Source of the DNA: the human T2T-CHM13v2.0 reference genome, Homo sapiens
Strand: one strand, 5' to 3'
DNA: 64,000 nucleotides
Assembly: GCF_009914755.1 (NCBI RefSeq)
Contig: NC_060928.1
The position numbers and the translations under genes were made by a program. Under the pieces are notes generated by a model. The model was not told the origin of the DNA and searched no databases. It saw only the letters and a list, made by a program, of their open reading frames with translations. The first letter of the stretch is position 1. The number at the start of each line of letters is the position of its first letter. Shown in pieces: positions 44,380-60,318 of this stretch.

Positions 44380-44880
44380 TTCTAGGTTGAATGTAGGAAA
44401 GCTTCTACTTAATGTGATGACATGAACATAACATAAGAGAAAGGAATGAAAAAACATAGTAAAAAAGCTTTGGGGAAGTAGGAATTACAGGATTTATCTA
44501 TGAGGGTGAGCGTGCAATAGATAGATAATGATTATGAGCTACCTGGACTAATTTCTGGGGATATGGTAGTAATTAAGAAGTCAAGAGTAGAAGCAAGTTT
44601 GGAAGATAACAAACTTGGTTATTTACTCTTGAGGTTATCAACTAGATTGGGAACCTAAACAATATTCTAAGAATAAGAAATAATAAAAGTATGGTATTTG
44701 TTCTAAATGTCTCTCCATCTGTTCGATTGAGTTTCTAGACGAAAACATCCAGCAGTCAGTTAGAATTCATAATTATAATTCTAGGGAGATGTCAGAATTC
44801 TATTATGATACATTTTAAAGCTAAAACATATGATTGGAATTTAATTATTTGTATATTTTAGGACCTAATATCATTTAGTA
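44380..44880 (-). mobile_element. Degenerate L2 fragments
   Basis: catccagcagtcagttagaatt...ctagggagatgtcag. Confidence 0.4.
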
Positions 44881-45224
44881 AAGAAAAAAGCAGCACCATT
44901 TAAAAAGTTGTCTTATATATTCACCTTACATTGTGGGTACAGATACAGTCTTCTAAACCGATGATTTCTAAGAGTATAAAGAAAACATAATGTGTAGTTT
45001 ATACTACTGAGATGTGTAGTTTATACTACTGAGATGTGTCTCTGTAGTATATTTTCTAATTTAAAAAATTATATCATTTAAAAAGTTATACCTGGAATGA
45101 CACAAAATGAAGGACATAGAATTTTAAAAGCAACCTATGCATTGTGATTTTAAAAAAATCAGAGGTTCAAAATAAATTATTCTTTTACATAGCTATAAGG
45201 TTATTATTTGATACTATAGTACTT

Positions 45225-47262
45225 TCTAATTTTAATTTAATTTTTTTCTTTTTTCGATACATGATATTTTACATATTTATGGTATACATATGAGTATTTG
45301 TTACATGCATAAAACGTATAATAAAGTCAGAGTATTTGGGATAGCAATCGCCTTGAGTATTTATCATTTCTATAGGTTGGTAGCAATTCATGTCCTCTCT
45401 TCTAGCTGCATTATACAAAAATCCAATATATTGTTGATATTTGTCTCTTAGGTGAATTTCTCTTTACATCCTGAACTGTTTTTCTATTTTATTTTTATTG
45501 TTTATCAGAATTTTCTTACATCCCATTGAAATTCTTTAGTGTAAATATTTGAATTCTTTTTCTGGGATTTTTAAAATTTGTTTTTGATTGAGATCTTTTG
45601 CTGGAGAATTATTGTATTCCTTTGGAGGTGTCATATTTCTTTGCTTTTTCATGTGTCTTATGTCTTTATGTTGGTATCTGTGCATCTGGTGAAATGGTTG
45701 CTTCTTCCAATTTTTCAAAGTTTTTTTTTTTTTTCACAAGGGCAAACAACTTCCTAAAGATGTGTCTGTGGTATTGGTTGGGTAGGACAGTGTGACTTTG
45801 ATTCTGGGTGCACAAAGTGGTGTACTATATATATAATTTCTTTTGCAGCAAACAGATTCAGGGTTGTCTTATAATTTCTTTGGTAGCATAGTTGTGGTTA
45901 TTAGTGGATGCCGCAATGATGTTTTGCTGGAGATGGGGATACCACATAGGCCAGTTTTTGGGACATGGGGGGTGGCAGTGGTTGGCTAAGTGTACCTGTC
46001 TTTTGGGCCTCTGAGTGGTGTATGTGGTGTATGTGTAGGGGGTCCAGGCAAGTCTATTCTTTGGCTTCCAGATCCTTACTCAGAAGTCAATGGTGGCAGT
46101 GGTATGCTGGGCAGGTAGATGTGTTCTTTGGCCTCTGGACTGCCAAGTTTAGCAGGGTAATGTTAGTGGTAGTGGCCACTGGCCTTTTGGCTCCCAAGTG
46201 ATGTGTTTTTGTGTTCGCAGTGGCTGTAATGGGCTGAGCAAGCCAGTCTCCAGGCCAGCAGGTGGCACGTTCAGATAGGTGTAAACTGTGGTGGTGGCAG
46301 CAGGGTGGGAAGTCCCATCCTCCATCTGCCGGGAGAAATGGTTATGTGCCAATGGTGATTGATTGGGCTGAGCAATCCTCTGGCCCCTAGACTGTATGTC
46401 CTGGAATGTGTGGGGTATGAAGCCAAGTCAGGTGGGGTTGTTCTCAGGCATCCCAAAGGTGTATGCAAGTGCTAGCTGTGTTGGGAAGGTCAAGACTATT
46501 CCCCAGCCACCAGAAGAATGTTCAGGTGAGGGGATAGTAATAGCTGTTTTGCTGCCTTGACACTGAGGAGGGTGGAGCTAAATTCACCAGTGGCACTCTA
46601 GCCTGGAACATGTAGAATTAACACACAGCTTAGGCCTCAGTGCTGTAATGCTTGCGCCTCAGCTCCTATGGCAGTAGCCCATGTCTAAGTTGCACTTCAG
46701 CCCAAGCTGCAGCAGTCTGTGCCTTGCTCATGCCTCAGCTCCAGGGGCAGCAGCCCTTGCTTCTCTTGAGCCTCAGCCCCAGTGCCACTGGGCCCTAGGA
46801 TTGTGTGGACTCTGTTGAGGACACGGCTGTAAAATGGCACCTTATGTTAGCTGCTTAGGTTTTAACAAGTGTATAGAACCCAGCATGAGATCTCTTCCTG
46901 GCACAGTGCCATTGCACAATCTCTTAGCATGTTCCGATGTTAAATTCACAACCTGCAAGGATTGAGGGGCTCTCCTGTGGCTAAGATTACAGGAGTGCAC
47001 AGTTGGAATGTGGACTACTGAGGTTCTCTCACTTACCCTTTGTCCACATTGGGGAGTCAGTCTCAGCTGCAGCCAGTCTTGGATGACCATGCTGCCTCCT
47101 TTCCTCTCCTACATTGCTTTAGGCATTTCCTGTCACTTTTCTATTGAATTACTGTGTTTACCTTGGGTGAGCTATTCAAAGTGTGATTATCTACTCACTA
47201 TTTTACTTCTTTCTACTGGAGGGGCGAGTATGAAATGATTCTAGTCAGCTCACTTGAAGCCT
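45225..47262 (-). mobile_element. L1MA/L1M2-type element: 3'UTR (45225-45437) fused to 5'UTR and ORF1 start (45438-47262)
   Basis: T-tail and L1MA2-like 3'UTR; ORF1-like KKQRNMTPPKEYNNSPAKDLNQKQILKIPEKEFK; GC-rich 5'UTR ending gattctagtcagc. Confidence 0.8.
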
Positions 47263-49654
47263 GATGATAAATTTTAAAAATTGAAATCACAGAAATGCAC
47301 AATTTTTCCAAAGAAGAAAACAAAACGAAAAAAAGAGAATCACATTTAGAAATTTAGGGAATGCCTAAATTCAAGGCAAGAAGATAAGGAGGACTTAAGG
47401 ACCACCTTCATCATTGAATTACATTTGGTTGAACATCAGTTTGCAACAATCCTTATCTGGAATACGGGATATTGGGTAATCACAGATACAAACAGGAGAT
47501 CACAGTGAAAAAGGCTAATCTTGTTTGGGGTGGGGATAGGCATAAAAGAGTTGGAGAAGATTTTCTAGTGTGTTAGATAGCAAAATGTAGTTTGAAAAAG
47601 TATGTTGAAAAATTGATGGAAACAAAGATGGCTGACTAGATGGAGCCAGGAATATCTTCTTCCAGTGAGAGACCAGGTTACCAAGAAGACGAGCACACTC
47701 TGGACAGATCTATGGAAGGAAGGCATTGAGAGTGGATACAGGGACAACATAGACCCTGCACTGAAGTGGGAGAAAGCTAGGAACATTGTATATGGTTGTC
47801 AACCACCAGGACTCCTTCTTGGCCTCAAGTGACTCCTGAAAAAGGTGTGAGTTTGAAAGGTGTGGAGTGGCCCACCCTCACCATGGACTTCCAGAATCCT
47901 AGCTGCAGGAGACCCCATGACCCCCACAGACATTTGAGCAGACAGAAAAAGCTGCTTGGACAGTTGGAAGGAACAGGACTCCAGCCAGTGGAGAACCCAG
48001 AGGATTTGATGCAGGAATGGCTGAAGTGGAGCACAGCCAGGGACGCCCATCTCCCAAGTCTTGCCACATTCCTCTAGGTGGCTTTGCCCTTTGTTGACTG
48101 TCAGATCTGGACAGAACAGGGCCCTCTTACCTTTGGGATGGGGCCAGTCTGATCTGAGTGTCCTTCTATCTGCTAGCCTCTCCCAGGCTCCTGCCTGGTC
48201 GCATTCACTTGTGGCAGTTTCAGATGCCCAACAAGGTGCTTCCCAGAGGCCACTGCCATAGCTCCTCCACAAGTAACCCCTCCTGTCAGAGAGCTTCTGC
48301 AGATGGGCCTCCACTGGCTCACATGCATCCACAGCATCCCTCCACGACTTTGCCAACATGCACTTGCCTACAGCCACCTCCCACCATTTTGCTTATATTA
48401 GCCATCACTGCGCCAAAGAAGCATTCTTGCCAGCACCCCTGCCCCCGCCAACCAGAGTGTTGTTGCCAGGGGACCAGGAACATTTCTGTCTCTCCAGCGC
48501 AGCGGGTGCTTAAGCTCGAGGGCCAGAGAACAGAGCTGTGGGCCAGTTCTCAACCCTCCAGTGTAAGATCACACAGCTCAGGAGTGCTGAACTAAGCTTT
48601 GTCCCCCTGAAATCATCCAGAAATTAAGCCAATCTAGTGAGTGCAAAATCGAACACAGTCAAACACTCAAAAGCATCAAAGAATACACTTGCAAAAAGCC
48701 CCATTCAAAGGACAACAACTTCAAAGATTAAAGGAACTTAACCCCAGCCCACACTTATGAGAAAGAACTAGTATAAGAATCCCAGAAACTCAAAAAGCCA
48801 GAGTGTCTTCTTGTTTCCAAAAAACTGCACCTATTCCCCAGGAACGGTTTATAACCAGACCAAAATGACTAAAATGACCAACATAGAATTCAGAATCTGT
48901 ATCGTAACAAAGATCATTGAGACTCAGGAGACAGTTGAAACCCAATGCAAAGAATCAAAGGAATTCGATAAAATAATATAAACCCCGAAAAACAAAAATA
49001 GCCATTTTAAGAAAGTATCAACCTTGTAATAATCAGCAATCTTGAGCATTTTTTCATATGTTTGTTGGCCACATAAATGTCTTCTTTTAGGAAGTGTCTG
49101 TTCATATCCTGTACTCACTATTTGATGGGGATCTTTTTTCTTGTAAATATGTTTAAGTTCCTTGTAAATTCTGGATGTTAGACTTTTGTCAGATGGGTAG
49201 ATTGCAAAAATTTTCTCCAAATCTGTAAGTTGCCTGTTCACTCTGATGATAGTTTCTTTTGCTGTATAGAAGATTTTTAGTTTAGATTCCATTTGTCAAT
49301 TTTGGCTTTTGTTGCAATTGCTTTTGGCATTTTCATCATGAAGACTTTGCCCATGCCTATGTCCTGAATGGTGTTGCGTAGATTTTCTTCTAGGGTTTTT
49401 ATGGTTTGGGGTTTTATGTTTAAGTTTTTTTTCTTTAATTTATTGTTATTATTATGCTTTAAGTTCTAGGGTACATGTGCACAATGTGCAGGTTTGTTAC
49501 ATATGTATACATGTGCCATGTTGGTGTGCTGCACCCATTAACTCATCATTTATATTAGGTATATCCCCTAATGCTATCCCTCCCCCCTCCCACCACCCCA
49601 TGACAGGCCCCCGTGTGTGATGTTCCCCACCCTGTGTCCCAGTGTTGTCATTGT

Positions 49655-53487
<3,833 letters not shown>

Positions 53488-53550
53488 TATGATGTTAGCT
53501 GGTTATTTTGCTTGTTAGTTGATGCAGTTTCTTTCTAGCATTGATAGTCT

Positions 53551-54575
53551 TTACAATTTGGCATGTTTTTGCAGTGGCTCGTACAAGTTTTTCCTTTCCA
53601 TGTTTAGTGCTTCCTTCAGGAGCTCTTGTAAGGCAGGCCTGGTGGTGACAAAATCTCTCAGCATTTGTTTGTTTGCAAAGGATTTTATTTCTCCTTCACT
53701 TATGAAGCTTAGTTTGGCTGGATATGAAATTCTGGGTTGAAAATTTTTTCCTTTAAGAATGTTGAATATTGGCCCCCATTCTTTCCTGGCTTGTAGAGTT
53801 TCTGCTGAGAAATCTGCTGTTAGTCTGATGGGCTTCCCTTTGTGGGTAACACAACCTTTCTCCCTGGCTGCCCTTAACATTTTTTCCTTCATTTCAACTT
53901 TGGTGAATCTGACAATCATGTGTCTTGGAGTTGCTCTTCTCAAGGAGTATCTTTGTGGTGTTCTCTGTATTTCCTGAATTTGAATGTTGGCCTGCCTTGC
54001 TAGGTTGGGGAAGTTCTCCTGGATAATATCCTGAAGAGTGTTTTCCAACTTGATTCCATTCTCCTCATCACTTTCAGGTACACCAATCAGACGTAGATTT
54101 GGTCTTTTCACGTGGTCCCATATTTCTTGGAGGTTTGTTCATTTCTTTTTACTCTTTTTTCTCTAAACTTCTCTTCTCACTTCATTTCATTCATTTGATC
54201 TTCAATCACTGATACCCTTTCTTCCACTTGATCAAATCGGCTACTGAAGCTTGTGCATGCGTCACGTAGTTCTCGTGCCATGGTTTTCAGCTCCATCAGG
54301 TCATTTAAGGTCTTCTCTACACTGTTTATTCCAGTTAGCCATTCATCTAATCTTTTTTCAAGGTTTTTAGCTTCTTTGCGATGGGTTCAAACATCCTCTT
54401 TTAGTTCAGAGAAGTTTGTTATTATTGATCGTCTAAAGACTTCTTCTCTAAACTCGTCAAAGTCATTCTCCATCCAGCTTTTTTCCATTGCTGGTGAGGA
54501 GCTGTGTTCCTTTGGAGGAGAAGAGGTGCTCTGAGTTTTAGAATTTTCAGCTTTTCTGCCCTGGTTTCTCCCCAT
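53551..54575 (-). pseudogene. L1 ORF1p, disrupted by stops
   Basis: MGRNQGRKAENSK... and KRPNLRLIGVPE...NFPNLARQANIQIQEIQRTPQRY...KHAKL in separate ORF pieces. Confidence 0.95.
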
Positions 54576-57500
54576 CTTTGTGGTTTTATATACCTTTGGT
54601 CTTTGATGATGGTGAAGTACAGATGGGGTTTTGGTGTGGCTGCCCTTTCTGTTTGTTAGTTTTCCTTCTAACAGTCAGGACCCTCAGCTGCAGGTCTGTT
54701 TGAGTTTGGTGGAGGTCCACTCTAGACGCTGTTTGCCTGGGTATCACCAGTGGAAGCTGCAGAGCAGCAAATATTGCAGAATGGCAAATATTGCTGTCTG
54801 ATCCTTCCTCTGGAAGCTTCATCTCAGAGGGGCACCTGGCTGTATGAAGTGTCAGTTGGCCCCTACTGGGAGGTGTCTCCCAGTAAGGCTACTCGGGGTT
54901 CAGGGACCCATTTGAGGAGGCAGTCTGTCAGTTCTCAGGTTTCAAACTGTGTGCTGGGAGAACTGCTACTCTCTTCAAAGCTGTCAGACAGGGATGTTTA
55001 ATCCTGCAGAAGTTTCTGCTGCCTTTTCTTCAGCTATGCCCTGCCCGCAGAGGTGGAGTCTACAGAGGCAGGCAGGCCTCCTTGAACTGCAGTGGGCTCC
55101 ACCCAGTTCGAGCTTCCCAGCCACTTTGTTTACCTACTCAAGCCTCAACAATGGCAGACGCCCCTCCCCCAGCCTTGCTACCACCTTGCAGTTCAATCTC
55201 AGACTGCTGTGCTAGCAGTGAGTGAGGCTCTGTGGGCGTGGGACCCTCCGTGCCAGGCACGGGATAAAATATCCTAGTGTGCTGTTTGCTTAGTTGGAAA
55301 TACAGAAAACACCCGTCTTCTGTGTCGCTCATGCTGGGAGTTGTAGACTGGAGCTGTTCCTATTTGACCATCTTGGAACCTTTGTCCTATATTTAAGTTT
55401 TTAATCCATTCTGAGTCAATTTTTTTATAAGGTGTAAGGAAGGTGTCCAGTTTCAGTTTTCTGCATATGGCTAGACAGTTTTCCCTGCATCATTTACTGA
55501 ATAGGAGATCTTTTCCCCATTGGTTGTTTTTGTCAGGTTCATCGAAGGTCAGATGGTTGTAGATGTGTGGTATTATTTCTGAGGTCTCTGTTCTGCTCCA
55601 TTGGTCTATATGTCTGTTTTGGTACCAGTAACACGCTGTTTTGGTTACTGTAGTCTTCTAGTACAGTTTGAAGTCAGGTAGCATGATGCCTCCAGCTCTG
55701 TTCTTTTTGCTTAGGATGGTCTTGGCTATACATGGTCTTCTTTGCAGGAACATGGATAAAGGTCCTTTGCAGCAACATGGATAAAGCTGGAAGCCATCAT
55801 CCTCAGCAAACTAACACAGGAACAGAAAACCAAACAGTGCATGTTCTGACTCATAAGTGGGAGTTGAATATTGAGAACCCATGGACACAAGGCAGGGAAC
55901 AACACACACCAGAGCCTGTTGGGGGATGGGGGGTGAGTGGAGGGAACTTAGAAGATAGGTCAATAGGTGTAGCAAACCACCAAGGCACATGTATACCTCC
56001 ATAACAAACCTGCACATTCTGCACACATATTGCATTTTTTTTAGAAGAAATAAAAATGAAAATTAAAAACAAACAAACAAAGTAAAAAAAGAAAGTACCA
56101 GCCTTATCTAATAGACCTGAAAAACTCACTGCAAGAATTTCATAATACACTCAGAAATATTAACAGCGGACTAGACCAATCTGAGGGAAGAATGTCAGCG
56201 CTCAAAGACTGGCTTTTAGAATCAACTCAATCAAACAAAAAATGAAGAATAAATAATGAACAAAGCCTCTGAGAAATATGAGATTATGTAAAAAAACCAA
56301 ACCTATGACTCCTTGGCATCCATGAAAGGGAGAAAGAAAGAGCAAGCAACTTGGAAATATATTTGAAGACAGTGTCCATAAAAGTTTCCGCAAGCTCACT
56401 AGAGAGATCAACATTCAAATTCAGGAAATTTAGAGAAGCCTTGTGAAATACCCTACAAGACAACCATACCCAAGACACATATTCATCAGGTTCTTCAAGG
56501 TCAACATGAAAGAAAAAATATAAAAGGCAGCTAGAAAGAAGGGGCAGGTTACCTACAAAGCAAACCCCATCATGCTAACAGTGGACCTTTCAACTGAAAC
56601 CCTGCAAGCCAGAAAAGACTGTGGACCTATATTCAGCATCCTTAAAGAAAATAAATTGCAACCAATAATTTCATATCCAACCAAACTAAGCTTCATAAAT
56701 GAAGGTGAAATAAAATCCTTTTCAGACTAAGAAATGCTAAGGAATTTGCTACCACCACACCAGCCTTACAACAGGTCCTTAATGGAGAGCTGAATATGGA
56801 AACAAAAGAGTGTTACCAGCCACCACAAGGACACATAGATGAAAGACACATAGACAAGTACATAGACGATTGACACTATGAAATAACTGCACAATAAATT
56901 CTATATAACAACCAACTAGCATGAAAGGATGAAATACACACATATCAATATTAACCTTGAACATATATGGGCTAAACACCCCACTTAAATTTTAGAGTGG
57001 CAAGTTGTAGAAAGAAACAAGACCCAACTGTGTGCTGCCTTCAAGAAATCCATCTCATATGCAATGACACCCATAGACTCAAAATAAAGGGACAGAAAAA
57101 TCTACTAAGCAAGTGAAAAACAAAAAAGAGCTTGGGTTGCTATTCTTATTTCAGAAAAAAACAGACTTTAAAGCATCAACAAGAAAAGAGAAGAAAGAAG
57201 GGAATTATGTAATGATAAACGGTTCAATTCAATAAGAAGACTTAACTATCCTAAATATATATATATACCCAACATGGGAGCCCCAGATTCATAAAACAAG
57301 TTCTTAGAGACCTACAAAGATAGTTAGATAACAATACAATAATAGTGGGAGATTTCAACACTCCACTGTCCAATATTAGACAGATCATTGAGCAAGAAAA
57401 CTAATGAAGTTATTCAGAACCCAGATTTGACACTTAACCAAATGGACCTAATAGACATCTATAGAACACTTCATCCAACATCACCAGGATATACATTATT

Positions 57501-59978
57501 CTCCTCTGTACATGGCATATATTCTAAGATTGACTACACACTTGGCCACAAAGCAATTCTTTGCAACAAATTAAAAAGAATTAAACTCATACTAACCACA
57601 CTGTCAGAACACAGTGCAATAAAAATAGAAAACAATGTCAAAGAGATCTCTCAAAACCATACAATTACATATAAATTTTAAAATATGCTCCTGAAAGACT
57701 TTTAAGTAAACAACATAATAAAGTAGAAACCATGAAATTATTCAAAACAGATGTAAACAAAGATATAACCTGCTAGAATCTCTGGTACACAGCTAAACCA
57801 GTGTTAAGGGGAAGTCTATAGCACTAAAAACTACATCCAAAATTAAACAGTTAAAAAGTCAAGCTAACAAACTAATATTACACCTAGAGGATCTAGAGTA
57901 AACAAGAGTAAACCAACTCTAAAGCTAGCAGAAGAAAATAAATAATCAAAATAAAACCTGAATGGAATAAAATTAAGGGACCAAAAATATACAACAAATC
58001 AACAAAACCAAAAGTTTTCTATCTGAAAAAATAAATAAGAATAATACACCCCTAGGTAGACTAATAATTAAAAAAAAGGAAACATTCCAAATCAACACAA
58101 TCAGAAATGACAAAGGGGACATTACCACTAACCCATCAGAAATTGAGAAACCTCTCAAAGAGTATTGCAGACACCTCTATGCACACAAACTAGAAAACCT
58201 AAAAGAAATAGATAAGTTCCTGAAAATATTCAACCTCCCAATCTTGAAACAGAAAATAAAACACTGAGCAGAACAATATGAAGTTTGGAAATTAAATCAG
58301 TAACAAATAGCTGTCAACCAGGAAAAGGCCTAGGCCAGAAGGATTCACAGCCAAATTCTACCAGATATATTGTAAAAATCTGATACAAATCTATTTGGGG
58401 AATCTGAAACTATTCCCCCAAAAAAAGTTCAGGAGAAGGAACTCTCCTCTATAATCATTCTATGAGGCCAGCATCATTCTAACACCAGAATCTAGAAGCA
58501 CCCCCCAAAAAATGAAAACTTCCTGCCAATATTTCTGATGAACATGGATGTGAAAATCCTCAACAAAATACTAGCAAACCAAATCCAGCATCACATCAAA
58601 CAGCCAATCTATCATGACCAAGTAGGCTTTATTTTGGGGGTGCAAGGTTGATACAATACCCAAAAATCAATAACTATGATTCATAACATAAAGAGAAACC
58701 ACACAATCATCTCAATAGATAGAGAAAAGGCTTTTGATAAAATTTAACATCTCTTCATGTTAAAAACACTCAACAAATTAAGCATCAAAAGAACATACCT
58801 CAAAATAATGAGTCATCTGTGACAAACCCCCAGCCAGCATCCTATTTAATGAGCAAAAGCTGGACACATTCCCCTTGAGAACCAGAACAAGATAAGTATG
58901 CCCACTCTCACCCTTTATTCACCGTAGTACTGGAAGTCCTAGCCAGACCAGTCAGGCAAGAGAAGGAACTAAAAGACATCCAAGTAAGAAGAGAGGAAGT
59001 AAAACTATTTCTCTTCGTTAATGATGTTTCTATGCCTAGAGAACCCCATAGTCTCTGCCCAAAGCCTTTTACATCTGATAAAAAAAAGGTTCAGCAAAGT
59101 TTCAAGATACAAAATAAATTTACAAAAATCAGTAGCATTTCTATACATCAATATGTCCAAACTGACAGCCAAATCAAGAATGTAATTTCATTCACAATAA
59201 CTGAAAAAAGAATAAACTACCTAAGAACAGAGTTAACTAGAGAGGTAAAATGTCTCTACAAGGAGAACTATAAAACACTGCTTAAAGAAATCAGAGATGA
59301 CACAAACAGAAAAACATTTCATACTCATGGATAGAAAGAATCAATATTGTTAAAGTGATTATACTGCCCAAAGCAATTTACAGATTCAATGTTATTCCTA
59401 TCAAAATACCAACACATTTTTAACAGAATTAAAAAAAAAACTATTCTAAAATTCACGTAGAACTAAAAAGGAGCCCAATTAGACACAGTAATCTTAAACA
59501 AAAAGAACAAAGCCAGAGACATCACACTACCCAACTTTATACTATGCTGCAAGGCCACAGTAACCACAACAGCATGTTACTAGTACAAAAACAGACACAT
59601 AGACCAATGGAACAGAATAGAGAACTTGGAAATAAAGCTCCATCTGCAGCCATCTTATTTTTGACAAAGTCAACAAAAATAAGCAATGGAGAAAGGACTC
59701 TATTCAATAAGTGGTTCTAGGATAGCTGGTTAGCCATATCCAGAAGATTGATACTGTTCCCCTTCCTTTCAGTATATACAAATATAAACTGAAGATGGGT
59801 TAAAGTCTTAAATGTAAAATCTAAAACTATAAAAATCCCTAAAAAAAACCCAGTAAATACCATTCTGGACATAGACCCTGGCAGAGACTTCATAACAAAG
59901 ACTAAAAATACCATTCTGGACATAGGCCCTGGTAGAGACTTCATAACAAAGACTCCAAAAGGAGTGGCATCAAAACCA

Positions 59979-60318
59979 TTTTTTTTTTTTTTTTGAGAGA
60001 CAAGGTCTCACTCTGTCACTCAGGCTGGGGTGAGGTGGTGTAATAATTGCCCACTGCAGCCTCTGTAGCCTCTATCTCCTGGGCTCAAGCAATCCCCCCA
60101 CTTCAGCCTTCTAAGTAGGCTGAAGGCATATGCCACAATGCCTGGCTAATTTTTATTTTCTGTGTGTGCTACAATGCCTGGCTATTTTTAAAATTTTTTA
60201 ATAGGGACAGGGTATCTCTGTGTTCTTCAGGCTGGTCTTGAACTCCTGGGTTCAAGTGATCCTCAGACCTCGACCTCCTAAACTCTGGGATTACAGGCGT
60301 GAACTACTGTGCCTGGCC
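59979..60318 (-). mobile_element. AluJ inside L1 'A', with an internal duplication
   Basis: gagacaaggtctcactctgtc...gggctcaagcaatcc...; gc(c/t)acaatgcctggcta occurs twice. Confidence 0.9.

Noticed and set aside
47796-48595. Long overlapping ORFs of 192 aa and 145 aa
   Set aside because: They lie in the GC-rich 5'UTR of L1 'A', where stop codons are rarer, and show no recognisable domain.
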